This document shows, one piece after another, positions 55,362-64,000 of a stretch of 64,000 nt of DNA (its first letter is position 1; each line of letters starts with the position of its first letter). The DNA lies in contig CAZPXH010000006.1 in NCBI GenBank assembly GCA_964591085.1, positions 12,873 through 76,872 of the forward strand. Direction: 5' to 3'. Origin of the DNA: an uncultured Spirochaetaceae bacterium. GTDB taxonomy: Bacteria > Spirochaetota > Spirochaetia > DSM-27196 > CAZPXH01. The notes beneath the pieces are model-generated. The model worked only from the letters and a program-made list of their open reading frames with translations. It was not told the DNA's origin and did not search any database. The position numbers were made by a program, and so were the translations under genes.

Positions 55362-55899
55362 AGCTATCCTCCAGTTGCTCCAGGTACATCTGTGCGTACC
55401 GGGTGTTGATCGGGTCAGAAAGGTCTCCGAGCGCAGCGCTGAGCTCCGCCCGGCTGGTTGTGTAGTTCTGTGTGCCGCAGGTGCGGCGTATTGTGAGGTT
55501 CTGCTCCGCAGTCCCGTCCGTCAGCATTGCGGAGAGAAAGGCTATGGGCAGATCACCGACGGGAGGGAGGTCCGGGTGTGAGGCCGGAAGGCTCACGCTC
55601 ACTGTGGTGCCCGCTCCGGGCTCACTGTCCAGGGCAAAGCTTCCGCCGCATGACTCTGCGAGCTGCTGCAGAAACGGCAGACCCAGGCCTACGCGCCGCC
55701 CGGGGTGCTTCTCCGGATCGGTGTAGAAGGGATCCAGCGCACGCTCGCGGGTCTGCAGATCCATGCCCTTTCCGTTGTCAGAGATGCGAACAGCGAGGCT
55801 CTCCGCATCCTCCGTCACGTGGACCGACACTTCGCTTGCACCGGACTGCAGCGCGTTCTGGAGAATGTCCAGGAGATAGTCAGCCATGCTTGCGTGCAC
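55342..55899 (-). CDS. Stand-alone GHKL (HATPase_c) ATP-binding protein
   Basis: N-box LLDILQNALQSGA, G1 SDNGKGM, G2 GLGLPFLQQLAESCGG. No H-box or dimerisation domain. Confidence 0.75.
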   Translation of the reverse strand: MHASMADYLLDILQNALQSGASEVSVHVTEDAESLAVRISDNGKGMDLQTRERALDPFYTDPEKHPGRRVGLGLPFLQQLAESCGGSFALDSEPGAGTTVSVSLPASHPDLPPVGDLPIAFLSAMLTDGTAEQNLTIRRTCGTQNYTTSRAELSAALGDLSDPINTRYAQMYLEQLEDSCGQTHP

Positions 55900-55914
55900 T
55901 CCGGGAGCCGAACG

Positions 55915-56457
55915 TCAGCTCTTGGTGCTTTCAGTGCTCAGCTTGAGCCACTCCGCCACAATCGCGTCCAGGTCGGCGGGCTTCTTCTTGCCGTAGACCT
56001 CGCCATTCACCGTGACAACCGGCGCAAGCCCGCAGCATCCAACGCAGCGCACCGCTTCCAGGTTGAACAACATGTCCTCGCCGGTCTCGTTCACTTCGAT
56101 GTCCAGCAGATTGCTGAACTCATCAATGAGATCCTGCGCGCCCTTCAGGTAACAGGCGGTACCCATGCAGACCTGTATCCGGTTCTTGCCGGGCTGCTTG
56201 GTCTTGAAGAAGTGGTAGAAGGTGATGACTCCGTAGATCTTTGCCAGTGGAACCTGCAGGTAGCGTGCGAGTGCAAGCGCAATCTCGCGGGAGATATAGC
56301 CGTACTCCTCCTGCGTGCGATGCAGGATCATGATGAGGTTGCCTTCGCGGTCCCTCCATTCGTCAATGAAGGAGCGAAGGTCCGTGGACAGCTCTACCGT
56401 TGCAATCTCCAATGCTCGTTCTGCCACTATCTGCCCCCGTGTCTCAGGTAATATCAA
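55915..56457 (-). CDS. hydC: NuoE-like [2Fe-2S] subunit of the hydrogenase (HydC)
   Basis: CMGTACYLKG and RCVGCCGLAP cluster motifs, 180 aa. Confidence 0.9.
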   Translation of the reverse strand: MILPETRGQIVAERALEIATVELSTDLRSFIDEWRDREGNLIMILHRTQEEYGYISREIALALARYLQVPLAKIYGVITFYHFFKTKQPGKNRIQVCMGTACYLKGAQDLIDEFSNLLDIEVNETGEDMLFNLEAVRCVGCCGLAPVVTVNGEVYGKKKPADLDAIVAEWLKLSTESTKS

Positions 56458-56498
56458 CTACGCAGAACGATATGCCCAAAGTGGATCAGATGCAACTG

Positions 56499-56516
56499 TT
56501 GTCGCTTGATTAACAG
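56499..56516. promoter_or_regulatory. Candidate Rex operator in the hydC-rex divergent region
   Basis: TTGTCGC-TTGA-TTAACAG compared with the Rex consensus TTGTTAA-N4-TTAACAA. The right half matches 6/7 and the left half 4/7. It lies in an AT-richer intergenic region. Confidence 0.35.
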
Positions 56517-56550
56517 CATCGCAGGGTTTATTATCATGTTGGTCACAACA

Positions 56551-57228
56551 ATGAATACGGAACACGTACTTGGACGACATATTATGCTTCGCCTTGTGCG
56601 GTACCTGCGGGTTCTGCGGAAGCTGAAATCGCTCGGACTGGTCCGGGTCTTCAGCAACAACCTCGGGGACGCAATCGGTGTAAGTGCTGCAGTTGTCCGC
56701 AAGGACTTCTCCATTGTGGGAATTCCCGGAAACAAGCGAGGCGGCTATAACGTGGATGAGCTCATGACCTCCCTGACTTCCCTCCTGGGTGAGACCCGGG
56801 ACCGGATTGCGGTGGTTGTTGGCTGTGGCAGGGTTGGCAGCGCTCTGCTTGAGTACCGGGACTTTGGCAAGGACGGGATTGAGATAGCTGCCGGCTTTGA
56901 CGTTGCTCCGGAGCGGATTGGAGAGCACGAGGGCACGGCCCCGATCTACCCGGCAGACCAGCTCCGGCGCCGCGTGGCGGAACTCAAAGCGGAGGTTGCC
57001 ATTCTTACGGTTCCGGAAGAGGCAGCACAGCCGATGTTTGAGCAGTGCATCCTGGCTGGAATCCGGGGTGTTCTGAACTTCACCACGGTGGAGCTGAAGT
57101 GCGAAACGCTCCCCGGGGTCCGCGCCTGCCCGGATGACTGTATGGTTTCCAACGTCAACATCGGTCTGGAGATTGAGACCCTCTTCTACCTCATGAACCT
57201 GGACAGACTGGGGATGGACGTCGCGTGA
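56551..57228 (+). CDS. rex: Redox-sensing transcriptional repressor Rex
   Basis: LRLVRYLRVLRKLKSLGLVRVFSNNLGDAIGVSAAVVRKDFS winged-helix region and a GCGRVGSAL Rossmann motif. The start is chosen at MNTEHV by comparison with typical Rex N-termini. The ORF track starts at 56506. Confidence 0.87.
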   Translation: MNTEHVLGRHIMLRLVRYLRVLRKLKSLGLVRVFSNNLGDAIGVSAAVVRKDFSIVGIPGNKRGGYNVDELMTSLTSLLGETRDRIAVVVGCGRVGSALLEYRDFGKDGIEIAAGFDVAPERIGEHEGTAPIYPADQLRRRVAELKAEVAILTVPEEAAQPMFEQCILAGIRGVLNFTTVELKCETLPGVRACPDDCMVSNVNIGLEIETLFYLMNLDRLGMDVA

Positions 57229-57572
57229 CGGTGGAAGAGATTGCCGCCGTCCTGGAAGCGGATCTCCTGGTTCCGCCACCGGCGGGCTCTGAGCCTGACA
57301 TCACCGAGTTTGTGGCCAGCGACCTGATGAGCGAGGTGCTGGTTGTGGACCACGAGCACTTCGCCCTGCTGACCGCTCTTCCTTCCGACCAGGTGATCCG
57401 CACCGCGGATGTGGTTGGGGCACCAATGATCATCTTTGTAAACGGGAAACAGCCCCCGGAATCCACAACCCGTCTTGCCGCCGATGAAGGCGTAACCGTT
57501 CTGCGAACCGCGGCGCCAACATTTGAGGCCTGCGCCAGATTGGCAGCCGGCATGGATTCCACCGCGCCGTGA
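57225..57572 (+). CDS. DRTGG-domain protein
   Basis: 115 aa. The ASDLMSEVLV...LLTAL.SDQVIRTADVVGAPMIIFVNGK pattern is typical of hydrogenase-associated DRTGG proteins. GTGA overlap with rex. Confidence 0.7.
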   Translation: MTVEEIAAVLEADLLVPPPAGSEPDITEFVASDLMSEVLVVDHEHFALLTALPSDQVIRTADVVGAPMIIFVNGKQPPESTTRLAADEGVTVLRTAAPTFEACARLAAGMDSTAP

Positions 57573-58507
57573 CAATCCCGATCAGCGCGGACACCTCCTC
57601 TTCAGTCATTCTGGAGTTGCTGTACGAGCTGAAAGTCCGGGACGCAATGAGCACAGAGCTTGTGACGGCCACCGGCGGCGAGAGCCTGGGTGCGCTCCAG
57701 CGCCTGATGAAGGCGCACATGATCACCGGAATCCCCATCGTCCATGACCAGCGCCTGATCGGGATCATCTCTGTTGATGACATCATGGAGGGCCTGTCCG
57801 GTGGCTACATCGGGGACAGGGCGGAAGCGTGGATGACGAGGAACGTCATTGTCCTGGAAGAAGACATGCCGCTGGCATTCGCCATCTCTTCCATGGAGAA
57901 GTATCGCTTTGGGCGCTTTCCCGTCCTCAGCAAGGACCGGCGCCTGGTGGGAATCATTACCAGCCGTGACATCCTGGTGCGCCTGCTTGTGGCAATCAAC
58001 CGCCGGGTGGAGCAGCTGGAAAAGGAACAGGGCGCAATCGCAGGGACCGGCCATGCCGAGTCCCCAGAGAATGACAGCGGGCTGCGGTTTCGGACCCGGC
58101 GCTTTGACTTTGAAAACGCCGGCAAGCCCACCTCTACTATCAAAAAGGCCCTGCGGGACCGGGGTGTTCCGCCAAAAATCCTGCGCCGGGTTGCCATTGC
58201 CTGCTATGAGCTGGAGATGAATCAGGTCTGTCACAGCCTCGGCGGAAGCCTTGCGGCGAGCGTGGCGGACGATTGCTTCACCCTGGTTGCGGCGGACGAA
58301 GGCCCTGGAATCCCGGACCTGGACGCCGCGCTGACAGAGGGTTTCAGCACCGCCGGAGACTGGATCCGTTCCCTGGGTTTCGGGGCCGGGATGGGGCTGC
58401 CAAACACCCGCCGCGTAGCGGACCGCTTCCAGATCAGCTCGGACAACAGCGGTACTCGCGTTGAGATACAGATCAGCCTGAACCCGGAGGTGCACTGTGA
58501 CGATTGA
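57569..58507 (+). CDS. CBS-pair protein fused to a GHKL/anti-sigma-type Ser kinase-like ATPase
   Basis: Two CBS motifs (VRDAMSTELVTA..., AWMTRNVIVLEE...). C-terminal ADEGPGIPD...GFGAGMGLPN GHKL boxes. GTGA overlap upstream. Confidence 0.8.
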   Translation: MTIPISADTSSSVILELLYELKVRDAMSTELVTATGGESLGALQRLMKAHMITGIPIVHDQRLIGIISVDDIMEGLSGGYIGDRAEAWMTRNVIVLEEDMPLAFAISSMEKYRFGRFPVLSKDRRLVGIITSRDILVRLLVAINRRVEQLEKEQGAIAGTGHAESPENDSGLRFRTRRFDFENAGKPTSTIKKALRDRGVPPKILRRVAIACYELEMNQVCHSLGGSLAASVADDCFTLVAADEGPGIPDLDAALTEGFSTAGDWIRSLGFGAGMGLPNTRRVADRFQISSDNSGTRVEIQISLNPEVHCDD

Positions 58508-58835
58508 GGCCTTGTTATCCCGTCTGGATCTGGAAAAACTCGTAGCCGCGGATCCCGAGCGCGAGATCCTGGCTGGCTACACGAGTGACCTGATGTCTGA
58601 CGTTATGGCCAACGCTGCGGAAGGATCCGTCCTGATCACCATACAGGCGCACAAGAATAGCGTTGCCGTGGCGGCACTCGCAGGAATAGCCGCCATCATC
58701 GTATGCTCGGCGCGTCCGGTGCCGGATGACATGATCCAGGCATCCGAGTCCGAGGGCATCGGCCTGTACCGGAGCACCCAGAACCAGTTCACCGTCAGCG
58801 GCCGGGTGTTTGCGCTCCTTGGCGGGGCAGCATAA
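58497..58835 (+). CDS. DRTGG-domain protein (second copy)
   Basis: 112 aa, YTSDLMSDVMANAAEGSVLITIQAHKNSVAVAALAGIAAIIVCSAR. Paralogous to the 57225 gene. Confidence 0.7.
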   Translation: MTIEALLSRLDLEKLVAADPEREILAGYTSDLMSDVMANAAEGSVLITIQAHKNSVAVAALAGIAAIIVCSARPVPDDMIQASESEGIGLYRSTQNQFTVSGRVFALLGGAA

Positions 58836-58845
58836 GGCAGAGCAC

Positions 58846-59619
58846 GTGAGGGTCCGCGCAGATCTCCACCTGCACAGCTGCCTCAGCCCCTGCGGAGACC
58901 TGGATAACTCCCCGTCCGCCATTGTCCGGATTGCGCAGGAACGCGGGGCAGACCTCGTGGCACTGACGGACCACAACAGCGCACGGAACTGCCCGGCCTT
59001 TGGCGCCGCCGCCAGGCGGGCAGGAATTGCGGCAGTCTTTGGGCTGGAAGCTACAAGCCGGGAGGAGGTGGATCTGCTGTGCCTGTTTGGTACGGTGAAT
59101 GCCGCCATGGGCTTTGGTCAGCTCATGGAAGACAGCCTCCCGGATCTGGCCAACGATCCCGAGCGCTTTGGAGAACAGCTGGTGGTGGACCAGGATGAAA
59201 GCATCCTGGCGGAACTGGAAGTCCACCTGCTGTCCGCGTCCAGCCTGTCCCTGGATGAGATTGTGGATGCCTGCCACGCACGGGGCGGCCTGGCCATTGC
59301 CGCACACATTGACCGCGCGCACCACGGCGTCATCGCTCAACTGGGCTTTGTACCGGACATCGGGCTGGACGCAGTGGAGCGAGTGAAGAGCCCGCAGGTA
59401 TTGGGCGCGGTGACCTCACCGGCGGCAGGCGGTCCCGATTCCGCTGTGGTGGCAAACTCGGACGCACACTTCCCCCAGGACATCTGCCGTAGGTGGACCG
59501 CCTACGATATGCCGCAACCGGATTTCGCCGGGCTGGCGGAAGCGCTCTCCCGGCTGCGCGCTGGTGACGCCAATGCCGCCCGTCCCTGCTTTGGAGACGG
59601 GTCTTGCGCCGCACCCTGA
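58846..59619 (+). CDS. PHP-domain metal-dependent phosphoesterase
   Basis: VRADLHLHSCLSPCGD...ALTDHNS PHP motifs. GTG 58846 is chosen as the start because it lies after the upstream stop. The ORF track starts at 58810. Confidence 0.78.
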   Translation: MRVRADLHLHSCLSPCGDLDNSPSAIVRIAQERGADLVALTDHNSARNCPAFGAAARRAGIAAVFGLEATSREEVDLLCLFGTVNAAMGFGQLMEDSLPDLANDPERFGEQLVVDQDESILAELEVHLLSASSLSLDEIVDACHARGGLAIAAHIDRAHHGVIAQLGFVPDIGLDAVERVKSPQVLGAVTSPAAGGPDSAVVANSDAHFPQDICRRWTAYDMPQPDFAGLAEALSRLRAGDANAARPCFGDGSCAAP

Positions 59620-59683
59620 GCGCGGACGGGGAACACTGGATGCCGATGGATCGCCCCAAGCCGTCCGACTGCTGAGGCGAGGC

Positions 59684-62206
59684 TCAGCCGAAGTCCAGCT
59701 CGCCGGGAACGCTCAGGATGTCTCTTGGCTTGCTTCCGTTGGCGGGACCAACAATTCCCTTGTGTTCCATTGTCTCAATCAGACGCGCGGCGCGGTTGTA
59801 TCCAACCTTCAGGCGGCGCTGCAGATAGGACGCGCTGGCCTTGCGTGCCTGCACCACAACTTCCACGGCGCGGTTGAAGAGGGGATCATCCTCATCAACG
59901 GGTGCAAACACGTCATCGTCCTCGTCAAAGAAAATTTCCTCATCGATGTAGTCCGGTGGACCGATCCGTTTCACGCGTTCCACTACTCGCTCAACTTCCT
60001 CCTCGCTGAGGAAGGCACCCTGCAGACGAATCGGGAAGGGATCCCAGCTGGAGACAAACAGCATGTCGCCACGGCCGAGCAGCTTCTCAGCCCCAATGCT
60101 GTCAATGATGATTCTGCTGTCCACCTTGCTCGCCACCATGAAGGCAATCCGGGACGGGATGTTGGCTTTGATGAGGCCGGTAATGACATCGGTGCTCGGC
60201 CGCTGGGTTGCCAGCACCAGGTGGATGCCAACGGCCCGGCTCATGGCGGCCAGGCGTGCAAGCGTTGCTTCCAGCTCCTTGCCGGTGGTGGCCATGAGGT
60301 CTGCAAACTCATCCACCACAACCACAATGTAGGGCAGCTTCTCCACAGCCAGCCTCCGCTCCCGGATCCGGTGGTTGTATGCACCGATGTCACGGACTCC
60401 AAGGCTGTCCAGGAGGGCGTAGCGACGCTCCATCTCCGCAATGCAGTACTGGAGGGCCTGGAACGCACGTTTGGGTTCGGTGATCACCGGCGCGAGCAGG
60501 TGCGGAATGTCGTTGTACAGCTTGAGCTCCACAATCTTGGGATCGATGAGAAGGAGCTTCACTTCCGAGGGGTGATGGCGATACAGCACGCTGCAGATCA
60601 GCGCGTTCACGCACACGCTCTTTCCGCTGCCGGTAGCACCGGCGATGAGCAGGTGGGGCGTGCGCGCGAGGTCAAAGATGATGGCATCCCCGGGAATATC
60701 CCGCCCGAGGATGACCGGGAGACGGTAGTTGCCATCGGTAAAGGAGGCCTCATTGATCAGCTCGCTGAATGCGACAATCGCCCGGTTTCGGTTGGGAATC
60801 TCTATGCCCACGGCGTGCTTGCCGGGAATCGGCGCAACAATGCGGACGCTTGCCGCAGCAAGGCGCAGTGCAATGTTGTCAGCGAGGTTGGTGATGTTTC
60901 GGAGTTTCACGCCAGGCGCGGGCAGGATCTCGAACATGGTGATGACCGGACCACGGCGGATACCGGTGACCTCTGCGGAGATGCGGAACTCTTCCAGTGT
61001 TTCCTGCAGCACCTGAGCGGCTGCGCGAGTCTCATCGTCAACCACCCAGTAGGGCGTGTCCCCGTGGTCCTGCAGAACACCCTGCACCGCAATCTGGAGT
61101 GCCCCAGGTTCGTCGGTACCGGCTTCGTCACTGGTGTCGTAAGAGTCGCCAATGTTGTCAGAGTCTTCCGGCTCATAACCACTTGAAGGCTCAGAGCCGC
61201 TTGACGGACCGTAGTCGTCGTCAGACTCCATGGAATCACCGCCGGGTCCCACCGAGCGCCAGGGGCGGGAATCCGAACTGAAGTCATCAACTGCCTCGGA
61301 GAACGCGCCGTTCCGGTACTCAATTGCCGTCGCCTCCGGGATGTCGGAGACAAAATCGGCAACCTCTGGAGCGGGAAGCACCGCGGCGCCACCAGGACCG
61401 GTCAGGCTGAGCGCTGAAGCGGAGCCCTGCCTGTGCTGCTCCAAGCCGACACTCCCGACGCCCGCCGTGTTCCAACTATCCCTGTCTTCCGCAGCTTCGC
61501 GATTGGCACGCCCCCGGGCAGAGAGCGCTTCCAGCTCATCCAGAGCCTCGGCTGCGCCACTGGTGTTCCATTTGGACGCGGAGTCCGAGATTGGCCCCTG
61601 AGCCCCGGGAGCCCCCAGGCCCGCCTGGGTCCCGTGTGTTTCGGGGGCCGGCAGGGCAAGCACACGGGCACCCCCGGAAGAGCGCGGTCCCGCTACCAAG
61701 CTTTGCGGAGAAACACCGTGCTCCTCCCCTCTGGAAGCCGCACGGCGATGGTACCACCGCACGGCGTCACCCCCGCCGGCGGGCCACAGAAGAACCACCG
61801 CGGCCCAGACGGCCGCAAAAGCAATCAGGACCGCGACGGCGCCGGGCTGGCCGAGGAAATCCACGAGCGGCGCAAGGCCGGCTTTCGGGTATGAAGGATC
61901 CAGCAGGCGGGCCACACCCGCCGCTCCGAGCAGCGCGGGAGTCAAGGCGGTAGCCCGGCGTAGGAGCACCAGGCTTACCGAGACCCTCCACGCCACCACG
62001 GAGGCAAGGAGGAAGTACAGCGGAATGGCGAATGCCAAAATGTGGAAGCGCGAAAGGAGCGCGGCCCCGGGGCTCTGAAGCAGCACAATGACAAAGGCGT
62101 CCGCATCAGTTGTCACGGCAAGGAGAAGGGAAAGCAAAAGCATGCCCGCCAGCAGGGCAAAGATGGACGCAAGAAGCACTGACCGCAACACGGGGGGCCC
62201 CTCCAT
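59684..62206 (-). CDS. ftsK: DNA translocase FtsK
   Basis: N-terminal TM segments, an acidic linker, Walker A GATGSGKS and Walker B VVVVDEFADL. C-terminal gamma winged helix (ASASYLQRRLKVGYNRAARLIE). The start is placed at MEGPPVL, after the uppP stop. Confidence 0.92.
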   Translation of the reverse strand: MEGPPVLRSVLLASIFALLAGMLLLSLLLAVTTDADAFVIVLLQSPGAALLSRFHILAFAIPLYFLLASVVAWRVSVSLVLLRRATALTPALLGAAGVARLLDPSYPKAGLAPLVDFLGQPGAVAVLIAFAAVWAAVVLLWPAGGGDAVRWYHRRAASRGEEHGVSPQSLVAGPRSSGGARVLALPAPETHGTQAGLGAPGAQGPISDSASKWNTSGAAEALDELEALSARGRANREAAEDRDSWNTAGVGSVGLEQHRQGSASALSLTGPGGAAVLPAPEVADFVSDIPEATAIEYRNGAFSEAVDDFSSDSRPWRSVGPGGDSMESDDDYGPSSGSEPSSGYEPEDSDNIGDSYDTSDEAGTDEPGALQIAVQGVLQDHGDTPYWVVDDETRAAAQVLQETLEEFRISAEVTGIRRGPVITMFEILPAPGVKLRNITNLADNIALRLAAASVRIVAPIPGKHAVGIEIPNRNRAIVAFSELINEASFTDGNYRLPVILGRDIPGDAIIFDLARTPHLLIAGATGSGKSVCVNALICSVLYRHHPSEVKLLLIDPKIVELKLYNDIPHLLAPVITEPKRAFQALQYCIAEMERRYALLDSLGVRDIGAYNHRIRERRLAVEKLPYIVVVVDEFADLMATTGKELEATLARLAAMSRAVGIHLVLATQRPSTDVITGLIKANIPSRIAFMVASKVDSRIIIDSIGAEKLLGRGDMLFVSSWDPFPIRLQGAFLSEEEVERVVERVKRIGPPDYIDEEIFFDEDDDVFAPVDEDDPLFNRAVEVVVQARKASASYLQRRLKVGYNRAARLIETMEHKGIVGPANGSKPRDILSVPGELDFG

Positions 62207-62259
62207 ACCGGCAGTATCGGCGCGCAGGGGCGTGGTCCCAACCGCTCGCCGGAGGCGAA

Positions 62260-63054
62260 TCAGAAGATGATGCCGGCGATGATCCCCAGCGGGATGAGGT
62301 AGGCGGCAAACCAAAAGAGGCGGTCACTCTTCAGTAGCGCCATCACCGCACGCAGCGCCAGCCAGCCGGTAAGCATTGCCGCCACCACGCCCCCGGCAAT
62401 TGCCCAGGCTGTGGTCTGGGCGGCTAACTCACCGGCATCGCCAAGGGTCAGCAAAAGCGCACCAAGAATCGCAGGAATGGACAGGATGAAGGCGTACTCC
62501 CCGGCGAGCTCTCGCTGCATTCCCCCCAGCCGGGACGCGCTGATGGTTATTCCGCTGCGGGAAATGCCGGGCGCTACCCCGAGACCCTGGCCTACTCCGG
62601 CCAGAACAGTGACTCGCCAGTCCAGCTGGGAATAGTCCTGCCGTCCTCCGGCCCTGCGCGAGACCAGCAGAAGGCCAGCCGTGATGATGAACATGACGGC
62701 TACGCTGTTCGGCTCGCGGAGCCATGAGGCTTCATTGATGGCCAGCCCTACAGCGGCGGTCAATGCGCTCGCCACAATTACCGAGATTGCCAGCCGGAAG
62801 TTGGTCCGGTCACTCTCGTCGGCGCGCCCGCGCAGCAAACGCCAGAGGGACACCAGGACAGCGAGGATCCGATGACGAAACACCGCAACCACAACAACAA
62901 GGGTTGCCACGTGGAGGAGCACGTCAAAGAGCACCGGGATTTCCGCCAGGTCCAGGACTTCGCGAAGGATCACAAGGTGTCCGGAGCTGGACACCGGAAG
63001 AAACTCGGTGAAGCCCTGCAGGGCCCCGAGCAGCACCGCCTGAAGCATACTCAT
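62260..63054 (-). CDS. uppP: Undecaprenyl-diphosphate phosphatase
   Basis: LGALQGFTEFLPVSSSGHL and PGISRSGITI, the canonical BacA/UppP motifs. Confidence 0.92.
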   Translation of the reverse strand: MSMLQAVLLGALQGFTEFLPVSSSGHLVILREVLDLAEIPVLFDVLLHVATLVVVVAVFRHRILAVLVSLWRLLRGRADESDRTNFRLAISVIVASALTAAVGLAINEASWLREPNSVAVMFIITAGLLLVSRRAGGRQDYSQLDWRVTVLAGVGQGLGVAPGISRSGITISASRLGGMQRELAGEYAFILSIPAILGALLLTLGDAGELAAQTTAWAIAGGVVAAMLTGWLALRAVMALLKSDRLFWFAAYLIPLGIIAGIIF

Positions 63055-64000
63055 TCGTCATCCTCCGGTGTGGGCAGATCGGGAAAGAAATAGCGCAGAA
63101 CTGCTGCGGGTTCACGGCCTGCGGAGACGCCGTAGAAGACAGCGCTCTCCACAACCTTCTGCACGTGAATTCGCGTTTCCGTGATCTCGTAGGCCAGCAC
63201 CCGGGACAGCGACGGCAGAGCCGCGAGTTCGGCTTCCCATCTCCGTAGCCGATTCCCGCCCCCGTTGTAGGCAGCCACTGCAGCCGCGGGATTGGGCAGC
63301 CGCTCAAGCTGCCGGGCCAGATAGGAGAGACCGATGAGCGCGTTCTGCGCCGGATCCGTGAGGTCATCGGCAATCACGCCCAGGCGCGCGGCCTCATCCT
63401 CGGCGGTGGCGGGGATGAGCTGGGTCAGTCCGACGGCGCCGGCAACCGAGACAATATCCGGGCTGAAGAAGCTCTCCTCGCGAACCTTGGCAAAGGCCAG
63501 CTCAGTGGGGATGCCCACCTGGTCTGCGGCATCGGTGATGGCATCCTCAAAGGCCCTGGGATAAAGCAAGCCCGCAAGGGTTTCGCGGTCAGCGTCCGTC
63601 AGCTCCCGGCGGAATCGCGCACTCTCCGCCAGACGCAGGGATTCAAAGATCAGTCCCGCTTCCCCCATCAACGCGGAGTCTGCCGTAAGTGACTCCGGCG
63701 TCAGGAAGCGACGGATCGGCCAGGCAAGTCGATAGCGGAGTTCCAGGTCAGCGCCAGCCGCGGCATCCATTACCGCACGGGCAACTGTGCTGTCCCTGGT
63801 GGAGACAAGCGGCCGGTGAAGACCGCTGGCAACGGGATCGTAGGGAACTCCGTCTATTGCAGCGGACAGCATGTGGTACCAGGGCCGCGCGTCTTCCGGG
63901 ACAGGCAGGGAAACGGGCTCTCCGCTCAGCCGCAGGTGGAGGTTTGCCGCCGCCGCAGAATCCGGATCCGGAGACGCCAGGGCTACATCCCGGAGCAGGC
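63051..64000 (-). CDS. Soluble lytic murein transglycosylase (Slt-like), C-terminal part; open to the window end
   Basis: SLT catalytic region (KVREESFFSPDIVSVAGAVGLTQLIPATA, AYNGGGNRL). I translated codons upstream of Met-63872 by hand and found no stop up to 64000, so the gene probably continues beyond the window. Confidence 0.8.
   Translation of the reverse strand, partial: LLRDVALASPDPDSAAAANLHLRLSGEPVSLPVPEDARPWYHMLSAAIDGVPYDPVASGLHRPLVSTRDSTVARAVMDAAAGADLELRYRLAWPIRRFLTPESLTADSALMGEAGLIFESLRLAESARFRRELTDADRETLAGLLYPRAFEDAITDAADQVGIPTELAFAKVREESFFSPDIVSVAGAVGLTQLIPATAEDEAARLGVIADDLTDPAQNALIGLSYLARQLERLPNPAAAVAAYNGGGNRLRRWEAELAALPSLSRVLAYEITETRIHVQKVVESAVFYGVSAGREPAAVLRYFFPDLPTPEDDE

Noticed and set aside
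56529-56552. Second imperfect palindrome TCATGTTG-GTCA-CAACAATGA containing TCACAA, as a Rex box
   Set aside because: Only one half-site resembles the Rex consensus, and the arms are unequal by one base. I mention it under the regulatory finding but do not annotate it as a feature.
59564-61186. 540-aa ORF antisense to ftsK
   Set aside because: The opposite strand carries unmistakable FtsK motifs. This frame has a Gly/Arg/Val/His-rich composition and no motifs.
1-64000. Search for mobile elements, prophage genes, CRISPR arrays, toxin-antitoxin pairs and rRNA
   Set aside because: I found no transposase, integrase, recombinase, phage structural gene, regularly spaced direct repeats or rRNA-like sequence. 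GC content looks uniform apart from short promoter regions. The candidate system at 15791-26899 therefore has no visible mobile-island context in this window.

Overview
High-GC (roughly 60-65% by eye), very gene-dense bacterial chromosomal window. I call about 57 protein genes and one tRNA, and no non-coding gap exceeds about 210 nt. I saw no rRNA, CRISPR array, transposase, integrase or obvious compositional island. The gene content is FliS, a bifurcating-type HydABC [FeFe]-hydrogenase with Rex, a tungsten-type aldehyde:ferredoxin oxidoreductase, PIN-PhoH and many cNMP/c-di-GMP proteins. This fits an anaerobic, motile, free-living bacterium, possibly a spirochaete, but that is inference only. 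Blocks: (1) 1-5038, a tungsten island: TupB/TupA, a candidate Moco/Tuco riboswitch, aor, a strong terminator, then MoaD-like / E1-like / MoaD / MoaE. (2) 5056-10865, two-component and c-di-GMP genes, a MATE pump and a DUF1499-like protein. (3) tRNA-Cys, then gpsA-pepF-ndk. (4) 15791-26899, an 11-kb co-directional string of eight tightly packed or overlapping genes: NUDIX, MoxR-type AAA+, a 1196-aa VWA protein, an MTHFS-fold protein, a helical unknown, a cyclase-STAND-TPR protein, a stand-alone cNMP-binding protein and a patatin phospholipase. I consider this the best candidate for an undescribed signalling or conflict system. (5) Housekeeping genes: cysE, SPOR, coaE, polA, fliS, deacetylase, PIN-PhoH. 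(6) An XPB-type helicase translationally coupled to a 662-aa partner. (7) A long minus-strand string: a five-gene peptide-type ABC transporter, a membrane protein, an EAL protein and an AroD-AroE fusion. (8) The hydrogenase operon, which includes a cysteine-free ferredoxin-like subunit and an embedded GHKL ATPase, facing a divergent rex-DRTGG-CBS/GHKL-DRTGG-PHP regulatory string. (9) ftsK, uppP and a partial lytic transglycosylase. All calls come from reading the translations and motifs. No database search was possible.
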